The notes under the pieces are model-generated. The model saw nothing but the letters and a program-made list of their open reading frames with translations. It was not told the origin of the DNA and did no database searches. Shown in pieces: positions 1 to 10,487 of a DNA stretch of 30,001 bases (position 1 is its first letter; every line of letters begins with the position of its first letter). The position numbers were made by a program, and so were the translations under genes. The DNA is from a virus (Duplodnaviria; Caudoviricetes): the IMG/VR virus record IMGVR_UViG_3300011335_000014, positions 1-30,001 of that record, one strand, 5' to 3'.

Positions 1-8
1 AGAAGTCT

Positions 9-230
9 TTGATGGTAATACTGTATCCGTGGGCGAAGCTAAAGCCGGGTGAGGGCTTCTTTGTCCCGGGGCTAGACGTGGAAAGGGTGAGGGAGATGGG
101 CTTACGTGCCGCTCTCCCTCACCGCATCCAAGCGCGCGCTGTCGTGGGTATTAAGAACCACCAACTAGGCGTATGGTTTTATCGGAAATTTCCCGCGTCG
201 TATTTGCAAGCCCAATCTTCATCTTCCTGA
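9..230 (+). CDS. Small hypothetical phage protein (about 73 aa), possibly 5'-truncated by the window edge
   Basis: The N-terminal YPWxxLKPGEGFFVP resembles a common small phage protein motif (YPFxxxxxGDSFFVP). The frame is open back to position 3. It converges on, and overlaps by 80 nt, the end of the large minus-strand gene. Confidence 0.6.
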   Translation: MMVILYPWAKLKPGEGFFVPGLDVERVREMGLRAALPHRIQARAVVGIKNHQLGVWFYRKFPASYLQAQSSSS

Positions 231-3200
231 TCTGGTCAAGCTGTTCACGCTTGGCTTCAGGCGTCATCTTAGATGCGGCAATTGCTCTCTCTGCCTGCGT
301 CAGTATGTTCATGTTTGCCTTGAACGTGTTAGCCAGTTCTGCCTGCATGTAGTCGGAGCCGCGCTTGGTTATCAAGGCTTGGGCTTCCTGAACCTTGCCT
401 TCTTCCACCAATTTGTTGACGGTTGCCTTGACTTGCAGAACCTCGTTCATGCGCTCGTACACAGAGTTGATGATGCCGCCTGCGTCGTTGGGTTGGAACG
501 CACCGCCCACAATCGGGTATTCAGACAAACGTTTGACCGCCTGTTCTGGAGTTTCCTTGGATGGCACGCCTATGCTGATTGCTTGCAAGAAAGCCAGACC
601 CATCGTTCCTGTATAGCCACTGACAAGCGCCTCGATCTTGATTGGAGACACGCCCAAAGTACTACCGACAAACTTAGCGGCATCGCTTGTGTTAACGCGG
701 TACTGCTCTTCCGGCAACAACTGCTTCTCGCGTGCTGACAGAATGTCGCGGCCTGTATAGAACGACTTGCCCAGACCTACTTCGATCAAAGGCTTAGCCG
801 CTTGCGGGATGCCGTAAGACGAACCACCGGGGACTGTTTGCAACAAGATCTGCTTAAACGCCTTGACTGCTTCTTCTCCGCCGTGCTCTGTGGTCATGCT
901 GTTGTACAGCGCCTCAGGGATAGCTTTGAACACATAGCCAATCTCAAACGGCACAGGGATTTTGATAGGCTCGTCGACACCGGGCAGACGCACAAACCAG
1001 TTGCCATACTTCTGGTCAGGGGTAGCATTCTTATAGGCGTCGTCGTCCTCCATCATCAAGGCGTAGGCAAACGTAGCCGCCGCCATCATGCCGCCACGCG
1101 TCAACATCTTCTCACGGATACGCAGTTGATCGTTGAAAGGCATCTTACCAAACAGTGCCTTATGCATCACGTTCAGACCTTGGATCTGTGCGTTGAAGAA
1201 AGGAATCAACGCGTTGGCTACGTGGATGCTTGGGGAAGCGCCGCGCTTATTAAAGTTCATGGACTCAAGCGCCATGAGCGTGGCTTCCATCTCAGACAAG
1301 CCTTGCTCAATGTAGCTGTTGTACTGGGCACGACGTGTAAGCGCGTCAGCCTCCATACCCATCGCTTCAAACTTGCCAAGCGCTGTCATCCATCCGGGCT
1401 TGCCGTCTGAGATCTCGCGCAGAATCATAGACAAGTCTTCGCTTGTGCCACGGAAGTACTGACCGCCTACAATCCCGCGCTTCTCTAGCTTCTCTTTAGC
1501 CGCGCCGTTAATTTCTTTCAACGCACCAAGTACGGGTGTGAAGTCAGCGCCCGACAGGATAGGAGCCGCCAACGAGTCACGGAACAACTGTTTGGCCATG
1601 TACAAGGGGCTCAGCGTAATAGCTTTACGTAAGACTTGCGCAGGCATAGCCATGACACGGAACAGGAACGGCATCTGCGTGGGGATACCCTCCATGCCCT
1701 TAACCAACAAGTCGGCAGGCACGCCTGTCTCAAACTCCTTGTTGCCAATCATCACCTTCTCTGTAGCGATGATCGCGTAACGGTCATCTCCTTCTACTTT
1801 AAATTTGACAACGTCGGGGCCGTCGGCTTTTTTGACTAACGTGGCGGCTTTCAGGTCGACCAGTTCCATGACTGCGTTTTTGGTTGCAAGGTTACGCATG
1901 CCCATGTCCACTAACATGTTGGTGTTCTGCACCGAGCTAGTCATGAAGTCAATGATGGCGGTGTCGCCTCCCACCAACTTGTCTAGGTAAGGTTGCTCAG
2001 CAATACTGCCGATGCGGATGGGGCTTTCGTTGCCGATCACCAACTCGACGACACCTTTGCGCTCACGATAGAACGGAATGTAATCGTCCTCGGCCACAAG
2101 CTTCTTGACCAGAGCTTTAGACAACGCGCCTGTGCTGGCTACAAAGTCTAAAAGGTCGCGATTGTACTTGTTGTACTCTGTGCGGGCTTCCTCAAAGATG
2201 TCTTTCAGCGCTTGGTTTTTGTTAACTAAGTTAGTAACTTCGTCAAGCATAGCCTCTGTCAATACAGGTTTGCCGTCCTTGTCAGTGCCAAAGTTGAGCG
2301 TCTCAATGCCTTTGTTCTTAGCACGAATAGCCGCCATGTAAGTTGTAAACACTTGGTTTACAGCCTCGCCATTACCAATGTACTGCTTGGCATCTTTCAG
2401 CTTGTTCACAACACCGGCAATATTAGCGCCCCCAGTTGTCTCAACTAAGCGCTCAACACGGCCATCGTCACGGGTAACTTCCTTGATTGACGGCGCTCCA
2501 TCAGATACGGCCTTAGACACAATGTTCATACGTTGGTCGTATGAACGGAGGTAGTACAGCATCTGAGTGCCCTTGAGCGGCTCCATGTACTTAGCCAAAC
2601 GCTCAAAGCCTGCAAAGCGGTCAACAAGCTGTGTCTCAAACGCAAGGCCGGATGTGTTGGCTTTGATGCTGTCCCACCAAGTCTTATCCTGAGCCACAAC
2701 TTTCTTCATGGTTGCGCGTACGTTATCAAACTCAGGGTTGTCGTACACAACCAAAGGCGCAGGGAGCGTGTCTGAACGTGGGTCAACACCCGCTTCGTAG
2801 ATCTCTGTCTTAGTGCGCTGCATGACTTCTTCTGTCAGCACCATGCTCTCAGCAAATAGCGACTGCATTGCTTTGGCAGGCATGCTAAACGAACGGCTTA
2901 AGAACTCTACCAAACGTGTCAGCAAACTCTTGCGCGGCATGTCTGATGGAATCTCGGCCAGCATCTTCTGGAACTCGGGATTTGCAAAAGTCTCCGCAAG
3001 AAACTCCTTATTGTTTGTCAAGCCGTACAAGTCTGGGAAGTAAGGCATGCCGTCAAAGGTTTTCTGAAGAAAGTTCTTTTCTAACCAAGCTTCGCCTTCT
3101 GGCGTGAAAGACCACTGCTCAACACGTTCGCGTAGCACAGTAACGCGATTGTCTAATGCCTTGTCTTGGGTCAACATCTTTACAGATGCAGCGTGAACCA

Positions 3201-6200
3201 GCTCGTGCAAAAGCGTTTGCATTGGGTCAATCTTGGCTTCGCTGACAATTATCATGTCTAGGCTAGGGACGTAGTAGCCTGCCGCGCTCCCCATATAGCT
3301 GTGCATAGCCGTCTCGGAGGCAAACACTCGACCGCTGTATTTGTCTGGCTTAGCATCCGCAAACACTTCTTGCATGCGCTCAAACAACACTTTCTGGTTT
3401 GCATTCTTTGCACGCTTCGCGCCATACTCGGCGGCTTGGGCAAAGCTTAATCCGTTGTACCCAATGTCTGTGGCCAGTTTGACGCCAAGTTGTTTAAACT
3501 TACTGTTTGCTTGAGAGTCAGAAACTGTTAAAGGTTTTTCTGCTCTTAGTTTGGCCGGAGCCAAAGTAGGCGGTGTCTTCTCGCCACGGAATCCGCCACC
3601 GGGAATAGTGATGACAACGTCGTCAGCAGTCAAACCTTCCAAGAAGTCAATACGCTTTTGAATGCGGTTAGCAAGCGTTGGGTTGCTGTTCTTGTACAAA
3701 CCTGCGTCTGACTTCAAACCTACCAAGATACGGCTCTTTGCCGCTTGGAATTTACTAGCATGCGTTTGATTAACGCCCGCCACACGCATGTACATACCAT
3801 GCACATCGCTAAGCAGACTGCGCTCCGTCGCGTCGGTCAACTCTGCTACGGGTGTGCCCTTGTAAGTAAAGGTTGGGCCCAGAGACATGGCATCAAAGTC
3901 AAAGTCAAACTGTGTACGAGCTTCGCTAAAGTCAACAGACGTACGGCCACCGCCAAAGATACCGCGCACGTCGTCAGAAGAAACAAACGCACCCAAGTCC
4001 AACGTATCCTTTATACGCTCGCGCTTTTTCTCAGGCGACAGCAAAGTCTTAATGCTTTGAGAAGCAGGCACGTTACCGGTACGTAGTGGCTTGCCTTTGG
4101 CTTGACCAACAGAACTAAGCGTTGTTGCCGCTTTTTGTTTTCTACGGGGAGCACCTTCTTGCTCAACTTCGTATTGCGCTTCAACAGACTCAATAGACTG
4201 CAACACACCCAACTTAGCCATGGCCGCTATACGCGTGTTGTCGGACTGCGTCTCGTCGTTGATAATTTTCTTCAACTCCGCAGAAGTGTCAGGGCCGGGA
4301 ATGCTTTCGGCTTCTAGCAACAAATCAGACATTTGGTCGCCGTATGTTCTAAGTTTGGCTTCCTTGATCGCATCACGGGTTGCCGCGTCTTCTTCCTTTT
4401 CCAAAGCTTGCATTGCTTTGTTGCGCAAAACTTCAGCTTCTTTTTCCGCAGTTGTCTGTATGCGCTTGACCTTGCCTTCTTCGCGTTTGATGCCTTCGCC
4501 GCCAAGCTTGTCTTTCCAGAAGTCTTCCAACTTTTGTTGCTCAGTTTTAGCTTGTTCTTTAAACTCAGTAGCGCGTTTCTCGGCGGCTTTGAGCGTAGCT
4601 CTTTGTGCGTCAGCGTTTTTCTTAGCTTGTTGGTAAGCAAATGGGTATGAACTAGGCTTGTCAAGGACGCTCTCCCCGCGCATGGTGGCAAGGTTGGCTT
4701 CCAGCATTTCTAAATACTGACGTTCCATCTTGACGTTGCCGTCCAACATGGCTTGGGCTACTGCATAACCGCCGTCGTGTTCAGTTGAACGCTCATTTAC
4801 CAAGTCGGTAAGTTCATCCTCTTGCGTTTCAACTTGCTTCTTGAGGTCGTCAATAACGCTTTTCTTTTCTTCGTACCGGAACAACTCGTATGTGGCAAGC
4901 TCGGTGCGATTAGCGCCACCTTCTTGTGCCAACACGCTATCAAAGCGTTTCTTAATTTTGTCCAGTTCTGCCTGCTCTTTATCAAGCGTTGTCTTAGCTT
5001 TTTCAAGATCGGCGCTGGCTTTACTAACTACGGGGTCAAGCAAGAACGCCATTGCGTCGTCCATCTCACGACGAGCATTAGTAACTGCTTTTTCTACCGC
5101 TTGCTGATATGTACCGCGTTGCTGTTTAACAGCTTTCTCAGAATTAAGAATTGCTTTTTGTTCAGCAGATATGACTACTGAACCTTGCATAGCTTTCTTA
5201 ACTTGTTTAATAGCCGTACGAAGCGGTTGCAATCTGTCGTTCAAAGCTTTTGCTGCTGCGCGAACATTTGCATTTGTGTCTTGCATAAACGACAGCAACT
5301 GATTGTCTGTGTCGTCAAGGCGACGCCCATCCGCTAACAGCCTCATGGCTTCGTCAATTTGATCTCTATACTTGGGCAAGTGTTCTGTTTTAAACTCTCT
5401 TACCAAACGCTCGGCAATTTGCTGTTCTTGCGCAGACATAGGCTGGAGCGTGCGGTACTTTTCCAGAATAACTTTTTCTTCCGGAGTTGTGCCTGCTTCT
5501 GGCATGCCCACAAACACTTTTGCTAACATCTCGTTAGAGTAGCGGCTTGTGTCTTTCCAAAAGTATTGCGTGTCTGCAATAATGCTGTCGCCACGTTCTT
5601 TGACTCTCTCAAGGAACTGCATGCGTTTGGTTACTGTTGCTTTTCTTACTAGCCGTTCTTGCTCAGACTTCTTAAACAGCGCCCGCGCTTTATCCAACGC
5701 TTCCCATACAGGGCGCATGCGGGGTGACTTGGCAAAGTTTGCCGGTGTTGCGCGGATATAACCCAACGCTTCTTGCGCCTCAGGGAACAATGCTTTCTGT
5801 CCTTGCGGCACAGTCTCTGTAGCGCGGATAGCGTCATTGATGGCTTGAATATCAACTTGTTTGACGTCGCGTCCGGCAACAATGGCATCCACTACTGGCT
5901 CAACCTTGTCCAGAATCTCACGCGTAGCTTGGTTCTTGTCCATCAGATCGGCGGCAGCATTGAGCGCATCGCGTGCACCGGGGCGCATACCACCCATCTT
6001 AGACATTTTGTTACGCACAAATTCTGTACGGCGGCGTAATTCACCGCGAAGAGTAGTCGCCGTTTCACCACGGGCTTCGGCTGTCTTCTTGGCTTCCTCT
6101 TCTTTGAACTGGCGCTTGAGCACGCCTGTCTCTACACGTTGTACTTTAACTTCAGGCTTTGCATACAGCGCACGCATGGCTTCTTTGATGCGTTCTTGGA

Positions 6201-8634
6201 ACTGCGCCACTTCTTGTGGCTGCATGCTTGGCACGCCTTCTTTGACTACGCGGCGTTCTGTCTTTGCGGCACGCACAACCTTGTTTGCTCGCATCTGTGC
6301 AGGCTCGACAATAACTTCTTCGTACTCAGCGCGTACAGGTTTTTGTTTTGCTCGGTCAACCCATTCGTTGATTGCGTCAAATATATTAGATGCCGCTTTG
6401 ATCGCTTCGTTTTGTGTAATGGCGGGGTTGCCTGCGGCGCGGCGGTTTAACGCGGCTTCTTGTAGCGCAGAAGAAATAAGTTGGCCACGCAGTTGTTCGG
6501 CTTGATTGGTCAGTGATTGTTCTGTAGACGCGGATACTCCTTTACCAAACCCGACAAGTCGAGTTTCCATTTCCCCTGTATCTGGGTTACGTACTTGTTC
6601 AGTTTCTTTACCAAGCGTTTGCTCTGTACGCAGTTGCTCAGTGATGTCGCTCAGCTTGGCCATGGCCTCTTGCTGTTGACGGCGTGCGGCAACAACTTCA
6701 CGGGCGTAATCGCCACCTTCTTTACTAAGCTGGTCAATCTTTTGAAGTGCCACCTTGCCTTTGGTCAAAGCTTCCATGGCTGCGGCACGCTCTGGTGCAC
6801 CACGCTTACCTTGGGCTGGCATTGCGTAGCGGGCTGTGCGGTAGTCTTGATCGGCTTTGTCGGCTTCAGCAATTAAGGAGTCCAGCTTCTCTCGAATCTG
6901 TTCACCGCGTGGGATAGGCTTGATCTTGTCGCTGACTTTGATGACTGGCTCTTTGTTGAGCGCCTTCTCAAACATGGGGTCGAGGTAGTCAAAGTTAGGC
7001 TCAGCGTTCTTCTTTTGCTCTTCAACCTGTGCTTCAGACTCTTTGTACAGAGCCATCTGGTCTTTAGGCTGTGTAAGTTTCTGTTGGTCAAATGCCTGTT
7101 CTTGCTCGCGTTGGCGCGTGGCGGCTTTGGCTTCTGAACCCACGCGCAGTTTGAGCGCGTTAAAGATGTCATCGCTACGCAGACCTTCTGGCAAACCCGT
7201 CAGCGTTGGGCGTGTCTGTACAAGCTGTTGCGCCTTGGGGAAGTCCTGCATCAAATAGTCAGTGTAATCTTTGATGGCTTCAGCTTTGTACTTGGGGCTG
7301 TAGCTAGCGGCGGTATTCATCTGGTCGTTAGCCAGTGCAACACGTTGGTCAGCGTACTCAGCAACTTGTTGTCGAGGAGTTAAAGGAGCCGCAGGTGTAG
7401 GGGGCGTAGCAATCTGTTGCTCGTAGTATTCAGGCTCCCGCGCCACCTTTTGCTCTTCTGTCTCAGGAGGCAAACCAAACGCGTACTCTTGGGGGGTGAG
7501 CTTAGCCACGCGCTCTTGCTCAGCCATCTGGCCAAGCTGTGCTTTGGCTTTGTAGTAATCTTCAGAAAGCGGCGTGATTTCTTTTGTTAACTCACGAAGT
7601 TGTGCGTTGATCTGCGTGTTGAACGCCTTGTCCGCATCGTATGTAGGTGAGTCTTTTGTTACTTTTTTAAGCTGCGCAATCAAGTCTTGCTTCTGTTGAG
7701 CAAGGGTGTCGTACTTCTGCACAACTTCTTGTGCGTACTCTGGGGTTTGTTTACGCTGACGCTCTGCTTCAAGGCGCTTTTCTTCTTCTGCGCGGAGCGT
7801 GGCAAACTCATCTTGGGGTTTACCCGCACCTTTGGCACGACGACCAAGCGCTAGATCAAACAACCCCTGCGCCAACGCACCAACTGCGCCACCATAAGCA
7901 GCGGACTCGCCCACGTCTTCAATAATAGATTGGTCAGGTTTGTAAATGCCTTTGGCAATTAAGTTCTGCGCGGCTTGAGACGCGGCTTCCTGCGCGGCTT
8001 CTTCGCCACCAGCAATCAATGCACGTTTAACAAAAGCCGCCGCGCCTTCTTTGACTGGCTCGGCAATGCGTCCCAAAATGCGGGAAGGTGCAAACATTTC
8101 ACTTAGGCCAACAACTGTACCCAAGGCCGTAGCGCCTGCACGTTGTCCTTCTGTAGCCCCGCCAGTTTCTGCTCGCACACGAGCTTCTCCAGCACCTGCA
8201 CCTGCACCAAGCGCTCCCATACCCACACGGCCTGCCGCACCCAACGGGCCAAGACCTAAGAACGGAATGATTGAACCGGCAGCTTCACCAAATTTACGTC
8301 CCACCGTCTCTTCGTAGCCCGGCGCGGCTTCAAACGGTTTCTTGGCAGCGCCTGCTAGACTGGCAATACCAGAACGGGCAGCTTTCTCAGTTTCTTCGGG
8401 AAGTAATGCAGAAGCGCCGACAGCCGCGCTTTCAACCATACCAATAGCGCCGGGGGCTAGACCTTTAAAGAATTCTTTGGCTTGACCGCCAACAGTGGTT
8501 TCTTTTTTCTCTGGTTCTTTGGACTTAAACGCTTCGGGGTACATGCGTTGCGCACGGGCGTAAGCTTCTTGAGGCGACTCTCCCTCTCGAATAGTTACAG
8601 AAGAACCGTCTGGTAGAGGAAGATATTGTGCCAT
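151..8634 (-). CDS. Large polyvalent internal virion/ejection protein (about 2,827 aa) with zincin-like HExxH metallopeptidase and C-terminal LPD38-like domain
   Basis: Likely start is ATG 8634 (MAQYLPLPDG). It has Gly/Ala-rich hydrophobic N-terminal segments and a long E/K/A/Q-rich helical middle. LLHELVHAAS (HELVH at 3193-3207) is followed by EFLAETFANPEFQ. The C-terminal NWFVRLPG..IKIPVPFEIG..PEEQYRVNTS..SPIKIEALVSGYTGTMG is typical of LPD38. It is the last gene of the structural arm, a position like T7 gp16. Confidence 0.8.
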   Translation of the reverse strand: MAQYLPLPDGSSVTIREGESPQEAYARAQRMYPEAFKSKEPEKKETTVGGQAKEFFKGLAPGAIGMVESAAVGASALLPEETEKAARSGIASLAGAAKKPFEAAPGYEETVGRKFGEAAGSIIPFLGLGPLGAAGRVGMGALGAGAGAGEARVRAETGGATEGQRAGATALGTVVGLSEMFAPSRILGRIAEPVKEGAAAFVKRALIAGGEEAAQEAASQAAQNLIAKGIYKPDQSIIEDVGESAAYGGAVGALAQGLFDLALGRRAKGAGKPQDEFATLRAEEEKRLEAERQRKQTPEYAQEVVQKYDTLAQQKQDLIAQLKKVTKDSPTYDADKAFNTQINAQLRELTKEITPLSEDYYKAKAQLGQMAEQERVAKLTPQEYAFGLPPETEEQKVAREPEYYEQQIATPPTPAAPLTPRQQVAEYADQRVALANDQMNTAASYSPKYKAEAIKDYTDYLMQDFPKAQQLVQTRPTLTGLPEGLRSDDIFNALKLRVGSEAKAATRQREQEQAFDQQKLTQPKDQMALYKESEAQVEEQKKNAEPNFDYLDPMFEKALNKEPVIKVSDKIKPIPRGEQIREKLDSLIAEADKADQDYRTARYAMPAQGKRGAPERAAAMEALTKGKVALQKIDQLSKEGGDYAREVVAARRQQQEAMAKLSDITEQLRTEQTLGKETEQVRNPDTGEMETRLVGFGKGVSASTEQSLTNQAEQLRGQLISSALQEAALNRRAAGNPAITQNEAIKAASNIFDAINEWVDRAKQKPVRAEYEEVIVEPAQMRANKVVRAAKTERRVVKEGVPSMQPQEVAQFQERIKEAMRALYAKPEVKVQRVETGVLKRQFKEEEAKKTAEARGETATTLRGELRRRTEFVRNKMSKMGGMRPGARDALNAAADLMDKNQATREILDKVEPVVDAIVAGRDVKQVDIQAINDAIRATETVPQGQKALFPEAQEALGYIRATPANFAKSPRMRPVWEALDKARALFKKSEQERLVRKATVTKRMQFLERVKERGDSIIADTQYFWKDTSRYSNEMLAKVFVGMPEAGTTPEEKVILEKYRTLQPMSAQEQQIAERLVREFKTEHLPKYRDQIDEAMRLLADGRRLDDTDNQLLSFMQDTNANVRAAAKALNDRLQPLRTAIKQVKKAMQGSVVISAEQKAILNSEKAVKQQRGTYQQAVEKAVTNARREMDDAMAFLLDPVVSKASADLEKAKTTLDKEQAELDKIKKRFDSVLAQEGGANRTELATYELFRYEEKKSVIDDLKKQVETQEDELTDLVNERSTEHDGGYAVAQAMLDGNVKMERQYLEMLEANLATMRGESVLDKPSSYPFAYQQAKKNADAQRATLKAAEKRATEFKEQAKTEQQKLEDFWKDKLGGEGIKREEGKVKRIQTTAEKEAEVLRNKAMQALEKEEDAATRDAIKEAKLRTYGDQMSDLLLEAESIPGPDTSAELKKIINDETQSDNTRIAAMAKLGVLQSIESVEAQYEVEQEGAPRRKQKAATTLSSVGQAKGKPLRTGNVPASQSIKTLLSPEKKRERIKDTLDLGAFVSSDDVRGIFGGGRTSVDFSEARTQFDFDFDAMSLGPTFTYKGTPVAELTDATERSLLSDVHGMYMRVAGVNQTHASKFQAAKSRILVGLKSDAGLYKNSNPTLANRIQKRIDFLEGLTADDVVITIPGGGFRGEKTPPTLAPAKLRAEKPLTVSDSQANSKFKQLGVKLATDIGYNGLSFAQAAEYGAKRAKNANQKVLFERMQEVFADAKPDKYSGRVFASETAMHSYMGSAAGYYVPSLDMIIVSEAKIDPMQTLLHELVHAASVKMLTQDKALDNRVTVLRERVEQWSFTPEGEAWLEKNFLQKTFDGMPYFPDLYGLTNNKEFLAETFANPEFQKMLAEIPSDMPRKSLLTRLVEFLSRSFSMPAKAMQSLFAESMVLTEEVMQRTKTEIYEAGVDPRSDTLPAPLVVYDNPEFDNVRATMKKVVAQDKTWWDSIKANTSGLAFETQLVDRFAGFERLAKYMEPLKGTQMLYYLRSYDQRMNIVSKAVSDGAPSIKEVTRDDGRVERLVETTGGANIAGVVNKLKDAKQYIGNGEAVNQVFTTYMAAIRAKNKGIETLNFGTDKDGKPVLTEAMLDEVTNLVNKNQALKDIFEEARTEYNKYNRDLLDFVASTGALSKALVKKLVAEDDYIPFYRERKGVVELVIGNESPIRIGSIAEQPYLDKLVGGDTAIIDFMTSSVQNTNMLVDMGMRNLATKNAVMELVDLKAATLVKKADGPDVVKFKVEGDDRYAIIATEKVMIGNKEFETGVPADLLVKGMEGIPTQMPFLFRVMAMPAQVLRKAITLSPLYMAKQLFRDSLAAPILSGADFTPVLGALKEINGAAKEKLEKRGIVGGQYFRGTSEDLSMILREISDGKPGWMTALGKFEAMGMEADALTRRAQYNSYIEQGLSEMEATLMALESMNFNKRGASPSIHVANALIPFFNAQIQGLNVMHKALFGKMPFNDQLRIREKMLTRGGMMAAATFAYALMMEDDDAYKNATPDQKYGNWFVRLPGVDEPIKIPVPFEIGYVFKAIPEALYNSMTTEHGGEEAVKAFKQILLQTVPGGSSYGIPQAAKPLIEVGLGKSFYTGRDILSAREKQLLPEEQYRVNTSDAAKFVGSTLGVSPIKIEALVSGYTGTMGLAFLQAISIGVPSKETPEQAVKRLSEYPIVGGAFQPNDAGGIINSVYERMNEVLQVKATVNKLVEEGKVQEAQALITKRGSDYMQAELANTFKANMNILTQAERAIAASKMTPEAKREQLDQIRKMKIGLANTTREISDKTIRLVGGS

Positions 8635-8659
8635 GGCATTACTAATTGTGCGGCTTGAC

Positions 8660-8695
8660 AAAAGCCCCCAGCAAGGCCGAACTTAACTGGGGTGC
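8660..8695 (-). terminator. Putative intrinsic terminator/attenuator hairpin upstream of the large polyvalent gene
   Basis: Minus strand reads GC-A-CCCCAG-TTAAGTTCGGCCTTG-CTGGGG-GC-TTTT: a GC-rich stem followed by only four T. Confidence 0.45.
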
Positions 8696-8709
8696 TGAAA
8701 TTCTACAAC

Positions 8710-10485
8710 TTAATCCCGAACAGGGCCAGTGGGTTTGCTTGTTGGTGTAAGCATACGCTGTTTAATAATTGCATCAAACTGCGCGGCAAGATCCGGGTTG
8801 GTTGCTTTGAGCATCATTGGGTTTTTAAGGTACGCCTGCAACTCTGCTTCGTATCCTTTAGCCTCAGGGCCAATAGACGCGTAGTTTTTATAGGACTCGG
8901 CAAACTTGGGATCCCTTGCCATGCGGTCAACAATCTTCTCAATACCAGAAGGAGCGTTGATTTGCGCATTGGTACGGGCGTTAGCTCCTCGTTCTTGAAT
9001 CAATGTCCTGTTGGTAGCTTCGGCGTTGTTGACCATGTCTTTGTAAATGCCGCTAGCAATCTCACCCTTCTTACCCGTGATTTGTGTAACAGCAGTTGTA
9101 AAGTGCCGCTCGGACTCAGCCATACGCGTGTCGGCTTTTTCTTCGTAAGATTGTTGTGACTTGAGATCGTCGCGGCTTTCGGCTCGGCGTGCGTTCTCAA
9201 TGTCTGCCATGGCTTTGTTGCGTTCTTTAGCCGCTTTCTTAAACTCTTTAAGCGCATCGCCGTAGTCGCCCAAGCCAACCATAGCGCCTTTGGCAATGTT
9301 TGTAGCTGCGTTTGGAGATTCTCCAGCCGCCATAGCCAAGAAGCCTTTCATCAAGGACATAAGGCCTGACTTCTCTTTATCAGTAGCGTCTTGCAGTTCT
9401 TCTTTCTGCAATAGCTTCTCATAACCTGCGTATGCGGGGCCCTGCTTCTTGTTAAATTCATCGAGTTGTGCAATGCGCGCTTCTTTCTGTGAGCCAATGT
9501 CTTGGCGCTCTTGCAGTCGCTGTTGATCTAACCGGCGTTCAAGTCCAGCAGCATCAAAGAACTGGTCGCTTGCTTTGGTTGCATCCGCAGCAGTAGGCTG
9601 TTTGATTGTTGCAATTCCTGTAGGCAAGTTACTTTGAGGTGCAGGCGCGGCAGCGGGAGGAGCTTTATCCATAGGAGCGCCCGAATCAACCGGCATCTTC
9701 TCAAAGCCGGGTTTTACCCCGGGGAAGTCTTTAGCGCGAATAGCGTCTTTGTCGGGGTACTTGGCGGCTATGGCTGCTTTATCCCCAGCTTTAACTTTTA
9801 CTTCTTGATAGGCGGCAATTTCTTCAGGGGTAGCTGTGCCCTGCGCAATCTTTTGCTCAATCATGGCAAGCTGACGCTCTTTATTACCGCCGCTTAAACC
9901 TTCCATAATGCGTTGAAAAAGCGGTGTGTTTTCTGGGGCACCTTGTTGTGTGAACTCAGCGCGAGGTTGTACCGCCGCCATGCCGGGAATAGCATACATA
10001 GGGTTACTACTTACAACGCTGCCATCTCTTATATTACCTTGATAGCGTGGGATGTGGCCGCCCTCAGACATACGAACCACAGGCTCGCTACGCTGGGCAA
10101 AATCAAACATACCGCCTTGCGACATGCCGGTTCTTTTTGGGACATCGTCACCATCACCGTAGCCAGCAATACCACCATCAGCCATAGTCTGCATATTAGG
10201 CGCTGGGATCTGTGCAATACCTTGGTTTTCTGGAAGCTGTTGCTGCGCCATACCCGCAATAGACTGATCCGCCACTGTAGGCTGTTGGCCTACTTGTCCC
10301 TGTGCTGCTGTGCGCAGTTGTTTGCGGCGGTCTGACTCTGACTTTGCCAACGACAAAATGTAAGGGTTATTTTTATGCAGCATTGCATACTGTTGCAACG
10401 CCGAGTCCGGCTGTAAGCCAGCCAAGGTCTTTGTAATCAGGTTAACGTCAGGTGTGCCAATGGGCGTTTGTTGTGTGTAAGCCAT
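8710..10485 (-). CDS. Putative internal virion (ejection) protein, 591 aa
   Basis: Q/A/K-rich and helical, with a hydrophobic LMSLMKGFLAMAAG segment. It lies between the Q-rich gene and the LPD38 gene and carries the motifs MADGG, MSQGG and MSEGG. Confidence 0.6.
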   Translation of the reverse strand: MAYTQQTPIGTPDVNLITKTLAGLQPDSALQQYAMLHKNNPYILSLAKSESDRRKQLRTAAQGQVGQQPTVADQSIAGMAQQQLPENQGIAQIPAPNMQTMADGGIAGYGDGDDVPKRTGMSQGGMFDFAQRSEPVVRMSEGGHIPRYQGNIRDGSVVSSNPMYAIPGMAAVQPRAEFTQQGAPENTPLFQRIMEGLSGGNKERQLAMIEQKIAQGTATPEEIAAYQEVKVKAGDKAAIAAKYPDKDAIRAKDFPGVKPGFEKMPVDSGAPMDKAPPAAAPAPQSNLPTGIATIKQPTAADATKASDQFFDAAGLERRLDQQRLQERQDIGSQKEARIAQLDEFNKKQGPAYAGYEKLLQKEELQDATDKEKSGLMSLMKGFLAMAAGESPNAATNIAKGAMVGLGDYGDALKEFKKAAKERNKAMADIENARRAESRDDLKSQQSYEEKADTRMAESERHFTTAVTQITGKKGEIASGIYKDMVNNAEATNRTLIQERGANARTNAQINAPSGIEKIVDRMARDPKFAESYKNYASIGPEAKGYEAELQAYLKNPMMLKATNPDLAAQFDAIIKQRMLTPTSKPTGPVRD

Positions 10486-10487
10486 GT

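Noticed and set aside
151-8634. Virion RNA polymerase (N4-like) or tape measure identity for the giant ORF
   Set aside because: I recognised no polymerase catalytic motifs. The LPD38-like end and the absence of recognisable tube or sheath genes favour an ejection-type polyvalent protein.
8655-8690. Plus-strand promoter at TTGACA (8655-8660)
   Set aside because: There is no acceptable -10 at 16-18 nt and no credible plus-strand gene downstream.
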